Assembly: GCA_027064095.1 (NCBI GenBank)
Contig: JAMOQI010000006.1
Span: forward strand, 258-64,257
Length of the DNA stretch: 64,000 nucleotides
Direction: 5' to 3'
Origin: Bacteroidales bacterium
GTDB lineage: Bacteria > Bacteroidota > Bacteroidia > Bacteroidales > UBA1556
The position numbers and the translations under genes were made by a program. Positions 58,729-64,000 of this stretch are shown here, one piece after another (positions within the stretch are counted from its first letter, which is position 1; the number at the start of each line of letters is the position of its first letter). Below the pieces are notes generated by a model. That model was not told the origin of the DNA and did no database searches. It saw nothing but the letters and a program-made list of their open reading frames with translations.

Positions 58729-60662
58729 TAAGAAAGACAATTTTATTTAATATAGTATTATTATATTTATTTAGCTTTAATCTTACAGCTAAGGATAGAT
58801 GGAAGTTTTCAAACTCTACACCTCGTAAATTAGTAAAATCACATTTCTATTTTGTAGAAAAAGAACATCGCAACTTAGATATTGCCATATATTCTTTTCA
58901 AAACAACGATCTAAAACAAGGCGTTCAAAAGATTAGAATACGTGAACTTTACGAAATTCTTAAGAGTCAGAAAATAAATTTAAAAAATATTTCAAATTAT
59001 AGAAAAGGTATTTCAAAAGATAACATATACTATTTAATTCCTAAAGAAAAAAAAATATACCTTATAAGAATAAATAACGGCTGGTATTATTCTTTAGAAA
59101 CAATTAATAGTATACCATCATTATACGACAAATATGTTTTAAAAATAGACAGAAACCTTACCTCTAAAAATAAAATAATAACTAAAGATATTGAAATACC
59201 ACATAATAAAAAAATAAAGCTAAACCTATCTACCCCTTACAATACAATACTTTCGCATATATTATTTACTAGCGATTCTCTTTTTGATGCAAATTTAGCT
59301 GCTAAATGTATTAAGTTTAGTGATGCTGACTCTGCTCAAAAAGAAACATTAGCATTAAAACTATCTCAAATCTTTTATGGTGCTAAAACTCATTTATTTT
59401 CTTTGAACGAAATAAGCAAAGATTCGTTTTATCTTGACTCTGCAACAAATTCTCATATTTATTACCCAAATAAAAATTTTAATAAATTATTTCTTAAAAA
59501 ATACGGTGATGAATGGAAATACTCATTAACAACTTCAGAATTAATAGAAAGTATACACGAAAGCATGTATGGAAATGATGCTGAGGATATATTTAGTTTT
59601 GGTGATAGATTTAAAAGGATACTTGGAGTAAATAGAAATATTAAGATTGCCAACTTATTTCTATGGCAAGTGATGATGCTATTATTTTTTATTTCCATTT
59701 TTATTATCGTTTTTATATTTAACAAATATCTTATTCAAAAACTTATAAAAAAGTTTTCTAATAATAGGCGTCTAAATAAAAACATTTATCCTCTAATAAA
59801 TACACTGAGTTTTTTTGTAATTGCCAAAATAGCTGCCTCCTACGGACCAGCATTTGAATTTTCTATTGATATTAACCATCTATTTCTAAAATCTATTGAT
59901 ATATTAGAAGTTTTCTTACTTACTGCAACAGCAATTTATATCGTAAATATTTTGACAGTTGTACTTACAAAAGAAGAAAAATATGATAATAAATATGGCT
60001 TGATATATTTCTTAAGTTTAATAACAAAACTTATAATTTTTACTATCAGCTTAGTTGTAACCATTAGAACCCTCGAATATGATTTAATAAGTGTTCTAAC
60101 TGGTCTGTCAATAGGTGGTTTTGCTATTGCATTAGGGGCGCAAGATACTATGAAAAACTTCTTTGGTTCACTTATGATATTTGCAGATCATCCCTTTAGT
60201 GTAGGTGACTGGATAGAAGTTGAAAAGGTTAGCGGTACAGTGGAGCAAATTGGACTAAGGTCAACCAGAATAAGGACCTTCTATAACTCTTTGGTAACAG
60301 TGCCTAATAGTAAACTTTCTGATAATAATATCGATAATATGGGAAAAAGAAAATTTCGTCGATATAAAGGTAATATACTTATTAAATATGGTACACCTAC
60401 AAATAAAATTGAGCTCTTTATTTCTAAAATACGTGAAGAAATAAATAAGACAAATACTATACGCCAAGATTTTAACATGGTATATATCAACAACTTTGAT
60501 AAATATGGCTTAGAAATTTTAGTATATGTTTTCTTTATAGTGCCTGATTGGAATGAAGAAATGAAAGCAAAGCATAATTTAATAACAAAAATTTTAGAAT
60601 TTAAAGAAGAACTGGAAATAGAGTTTGTACGTATTCCATTGCTGGAAAGTAAAGATAATTAA
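58725..60662 (+). CDS. MscS family mechanosensitive channel with large periplasmic N-terminus
   Basis: GLSIGGFAIALGAQD, PFSVGDWI, GTVEQIGLRST, VPNS. Confidence 0.9.
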   Translation: MIRKTILFNIVLLYLFSFNLTAKDRWKFSNSTPRKLVKSHFYFVEKEHRNLDIAIYSFQNNDLKQGVQKIRIRELYEILKSQKINLKNISNYRKGISKDNIYYLIPKEKKIYLIRINNGWYYSLETINSIPSLYDKYVLKIDRNLTSKNKIITKDIEIPHNKKIKLNLSTPYNTILSHILFTSDSLFDANLAAKCIKFSDADSAQKETLALKLSQIFYGAKTHLFSLNEISKDSFYLDSATNSHIYYPNKNFNKLFLKKYGDEWKYSLTTSELIESIHESMYGNDAEDIFSFGDRFKRILGVNRNIKIANLFLWQVMMLLFFISIFIIVFIFNKYLIQKLIKKFSNNRRLNKNIYPLINTLSFFVIAKIAASYGPAFEFSIDINHLFLKSIDILEVFLLTATAIYIVNILTVVLTKEEKYDNKYGLIYFLSLITKLIIFTISLVVTIRTLEYDLISVLTGLSIGGFAIALGAQDTMKNFFGSLMIFADHPFSVGDWIEVEKVSGTVEQIGLRSTRIRTFYNSLVTVPNSKLSDNNIDNMGKRKFRRYKGNILIKYGTPTNKIELFISKIREEINKTNTIRQDFNMVYINNFDKYGLEILVYVFFIVPDWNEEMKAKHNLITKILEFKEELEIEFVRIPLLESKDN

Positions 60663-60701
60663 TATTTTACTATTTTGTCAAAGAACAATTTAGACAATTA
60701 A

Positions 60702-60894
60702 CCTGCATTATTCATACAATAAACAAAGCGAATTGTACGAATAATCAATGAATAGTCGGGTGTAATGCGGAAAAAACCTCATGAAATAAGTTCGAGACAG
60801 GCTAATTCAGAAAAACTCAAATTTGAGGTATTTAAGAAATAATTATATTTATGATTTTACTTAATTGTCAGGATTATTATATAAATAATACGGG
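60702..60894 (-). mobile_element. MITE-like repeat, copy E (inverted)
   Basis: TTAA|CCTGCATTATTCA...TAAATAATACGGG|TTAA; internal segments match the reverse complement of copies A and B. Confidence 0.75.
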
Positions 60895-60968
60895 TTAATT
60901 ATCATTTTTGATATTTAGTCTATTATATTTAATCTAAGTATAATAAACTTATTATTTCCTAGCATTTA

Positions 60969-63452
60969 TTACATTGGATCAACGTCAGGATTTATATACA
61001 CCGAACGATATTCTTTTTTTTCGTGTATTTTATTTATAGCATCATTAATAATGTCTTTTACAGCTTTATGAGAAGCTTTAATCTCAAATTTTATTAATAT
61101 ATTCTTGATATATAAATTTCTAATTCTGCTTACCATCGGATATTCCGGTCCAAGTACTCTTGTTCCAAGTTTTGGCCTAAGCAAGTCAGCAAATTTACCA
61201 GCTACTTCATTCAACAAACTATAATCTTTATGCTTAAGTGAAATTTTAATAATTCTATAAAATGGTGGATATTTATAATTCACTCTTTCTTCCATCTGAC
61301 TATTATACATACTCTTATAATTATTATCGATAACATCTCTAATAACAGAGTGATATGGTTGAGAAGTTTGAATTATCACTTTTCCTCTTTTGTTTTTACG
61401 TCCGGACCTGCCACTAACTTGTGTCAACTGCTGAAAACTTCTTTCATAAGCTCTAAAATCTGGATAATAAAGCATATTATCAGCATTCATAACTCCAACT
61501 AATCCTACATTTTCAAAATCCAAACCCTTAGAAACCATTTGTGTACCCACAAGTATATCAATTTTCCTATCTTGAAAATCATTGATAATCTGAATATAAG
61601 AATTCTTATTTCTGGTAGTATCCAAATCCATTCTCTTAACAATAGCTTCTGGAAAAAATAAAGGCAATTCTTCCTCTATCTTCTCTGTTCCAAACCCCTT
61701 CATTGATAATTTATGACTACCACAATTTGGACACATCGTCGGTACTTCTTTTGAGGAACCACAATAATGACATTTTAATTTTCCTAATTTTTTATGATAA
61801 GTCAGAGTAACATCACAATGATTACATTCTGGTGTCCATTGGCACGAATCACATACAATCCTTAAACTAAATCCTCTCCTATTCTGAAAAAGAATAATTT
61901 GCTCATTATTATCCAATGCTTCTTTGATATGTTCCAAAAGAAATACTGAAAAATGCGACTTCATCTCTTTCTTTCTAAACGCCTCTACCGTATCAACAAT
62001 AAGTATTTCAGGCAAACTAACTTTGGAATATCTTTCTTTTAACTCAACAAATCCATAATCACCTTTTAGAGCTTTATGATACGACTCTAATGAAGGCGTT
62101 GCAGAGCCAAGCAAACATTTAGCATTGTGAAATTTTGCCAATACTAGAGCAGAATCTCTTGCATAATAACGTGGAGAAGGGTCGTATTGTTTATAAGAAG
62201 CATCATGCTCTTCATCTATTATTACCAAACCCAAATCAGAAAAAGGTAAAAATATTGAAGACCTGGCTCCAATAATAATTTTATAGCTTTTGCTAGAATT
62301 CAATATTAAATTTTGCCATACTTCTACTCTCTCATTATTACCATATTTACTATGATAAAATCCAAGTTCATCACCAAAGTATTCTTTCAAACGATTAATT
62401 ATCTGAGCTGTAAGGGCAATTTCAGGTACTAAATATAATACTTGCTTGCCCATTTTTACTTGTTCTTCAATAAGTTTAATATAAATCTCAGTTTTTCCAC
62501 TTCCTGTAATACCATGCAACAAACACACATCCTTTGTCTCAAAGAATGAATTTATTAACCTTAAAGATTCTTTTTGTTTTTCACTAAGAATAAGATTCTC
62601 CACGGATTTACTTGAGGTAAACTTTTTTAAACGAGATTGATTCTTTTCATATATTTCAAATATACCTTTTTTAACCAATGATGTTAAAATACTTTGGGAG
62701 ATTCCAGATTCTTTAATTAATTTTGACTTACTTATCTCCTGTGGTTTCCCAGAAAAGAAATTAGTATATTTCAAATAAGCCAACAAAAGTTCAAGCTGTT
62801 TAAAAGCTCTTTTCTCCAATTCTTTTGAAATCTCCTCTAACTTGCTTTCTTGCTTATACAGGTCTGACAATCTAATATATGCCTCTGTTTTTGGCCTATA
62901 TTTCTCTATAATATCTTCCTCAGGAATCACAAATCCTTTTTCAATTAGAGTTTTTACAATTGGCATAACCTTCTTTTGCTCAACTATTTCACTCACTTCT
63001 GTTAAAGTTATAATATGATTCAACTCTAAGGCCTGAACAATCAAAAACTCTTTATCTGTAAGTTGGGCTTGAGGTATATCACAATCAGGATTTAATAATA
63101 GTTTGGATTCACTAGCCAGTTTTAAGGCTGTAGGCAAAGCAGCATTCATTACTTCACCCTCATGAGCCATATAATACTCTGAAAGCCATTTCCAAAATCT
63201 TAATTGAAGATTTGTAACAATAGGCTCATTATCGAGTATGTCGAGAATATATTTTACATTACTTTGGTTAGGAATTCTCTGATGAATATTGACAATAATA
63301 CCTGCATACAATTTTTTGCTACCAAATTGTACAACCACCCTTTTGCCAATAGCTACAATCTCATTAAACTTAAATGGAACTCGATAAGTAAAATATGAAG
63401 CTAATGGTAATGGCACCAATACATCCACAAAGTAGGTTTCTCTATCAACCAA
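60969..63452 (-). CDS. priA: Primosomal protein N'
   Basis: HGITGSGKT, VPEIALT, DEEHD, GSATPS, four CxxC motifs, GTQMVSKGLDF, QVSGRSGR. Confidence 0.97.
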   Translation of the reverse strand: MVDRETYFVDVLVPLPLASYFTYRVPFKFNEIVAIGKRVVVQFGSKKLYAGIIVNIHQRIPNQSNVKYILDILDNEPIVTNLQLRFWKWLSEYYMAHEGEVMNAALPTALKLASESKLLLNPDCDIPQAQLTDKEFLIVQALELNHIITLTEVSEIVEQKKVMPIVKTLIEKGFVIPEEDIIEKYRPKTEAYIRLSDLYKQESKLEEISKELEKRAFKQLELLLAYLKYTNFFSGKPQEISKSKLIKESGISQSILTSLVKKGIFEIYEKNQSRLKKFTSSKSVENLILSEKQKESLRLINSFFETKDVCLLHGITGSGKTEIYIKLIEEQVKMGKQVLYLVPEIALTAQIINRLKEYFGDELGFYHSKYGNNERVEVWQNLILNSSKSYKIIIGARSSIFLPFSDLGLVIIDEEHDASYKQYDPSPRYYARDSALVLAKFHNAKCLLGSATPSLESYHKALKGDYGFVELKERYSKVSLPEILIVDTVEAFRKKEMKSHFSVFLLEHIKEALDNNEQIILFQNRRGFSLRIVCDSCQWTPECNHCDVTLTYHKKLGKLKCHYCGSSKEVPTMCPNCGSHKLSMKGFGTEKIEEELPLFFPEAIVKRMDLDTTRNKNSYIQIINDFQDRKIDILVGTQMVSKGLDFENVGLVGVMNADNMLYYPDFRAYERSFQQLTQVSGRSGRKNKRGKVIIQTSQPYHSVIRDVIDNNYKSMYNSQMEERVNYKYPPFYRIIKISLKHKDYSLLNEVAGKFADLLRPKLGTRVLGPEYPMVSRIRNLYIKNILIKFEIKASHKAVKDIINDAINKIHEKKEYRSVYINPDVDPM

Positions 63453-63621
63453 AATTTATAATATTTATATTAGACAAAATTTATGTCATCCTTAATAGAT
63501 TTTATCAATTTCAATTTAACTTTAAAATAGCATCTCCACAAGTGCTATCTATTATAGTTTATCATTAATAATACAAAACATTTCGTCCTATTTTATGTTA
63601 TATTCTATAAATTCAATAAAA

Positions 63622-64000
63622 TTAATCTCTTTTTCTCTTTCGCTTAGGTTTGTCATCATCTTTCCTGTAACCCCAGTCTTTCCTCGACTTTAAACCTTCT
63701 CCTCCAGATTTGAATTCTTTCTTATCCTTCCAGTCTTTTCCGGGTGTTGAATCTCCTCCTTTTGATTTAAAATCTTTCTTATCCTTCCAGTCTTTTCTTG
63801 GAGAATTAGACCTTTCACCTCTTGACCTAAAGCCCTTATTATCTTTTTTATCTTTCCACTCTCTTCGTGGAGAAGTTGCTCCCTCTCCTTTAGACTTAAA
63901 ATCTTTTTTATCCTTCCAGTCTTTTCTTGGAGAGTTAAACCTTTCACCTCTTGACCTAAAGCCCTTATTATCTTTATCTTTCCACTCTCTTCGTTTTGAA
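63622..64000 (-). CDS. C-terminal charged repeat tail of a protein that starts beyond the window
   Basis: Open frame 63999->63622: SKRREWKDKDNKGFRSRGERFNSPRKDWKDKKDFKSKG...KPKRKRKRD*. Confidence 0.7.
   Translation of the reverse strand, partial: SKRREWKDKDNKGFRSRGERFNSPRKDWKDKKDFKSKGEGATSPRREWKDKKDNKGFRSRGERSNSPRKDWKDKKDFKSKGGDSTPGKDWKDKKEFKSGGEGLKSRKDWGYRKDDDKPKRKRKRD

Noticed and set aside
63690-63947. 85-aa ORF in the track
   Set aside because: Wrong frame; the longer open frame 63999->63622 running off the window is the more plausible CDS.

Overview
AT-rich chromosomal window from a member of the Bacteroidota, probably Bacteroidales. Support for this: repeated TAnnTTTG -7 promoter boxes, a tmRNA with a GENNFALAA tag, a complete moxR-DUF58-batABCDE operon and a T9SS type-B cargo gene. 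Most of the window is housekeeping: polA, priA, miaA, ssrA, pfkA, ispE, queE, folD, trmB, kdsB, fabG, nnr and mnmH/selU, plus envelope proteins. I found no prophage, CRISPR array or intact IS. The unexplained structure is mostly non-coding. (1) An ~86-nt leader occurs twice at ~90% identity, each time with a 4-codon uORF (M-K/R-R-T-UGA) inside a long hairpin, its AUG exactly 103 nt upstream of the start of two unrelated genes (a T9SS cargo gene and mnmH/selU). (2) A ~200-bp MITE-like family has at least 5 copies, with TTAA-flanked (C/T)C(C/T)...ATTATTCA terminal inverted repeats resembling IS1380/piggyBac ends. (3) A small BFD-like [2Fe-2S] gene missed by the ORF track has its N-terminus split by an 8-bp tandem duplication. 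Also notable are a membrane-anchored AlbA_2/Schlafen protein, a stand-alone IS1182 N-terminal domain with its own promoter, a TMTC-like GT-C/TPR protein, and a Pol I lacking proofreading motifs. All family calls come from motif recognition, not database searches.
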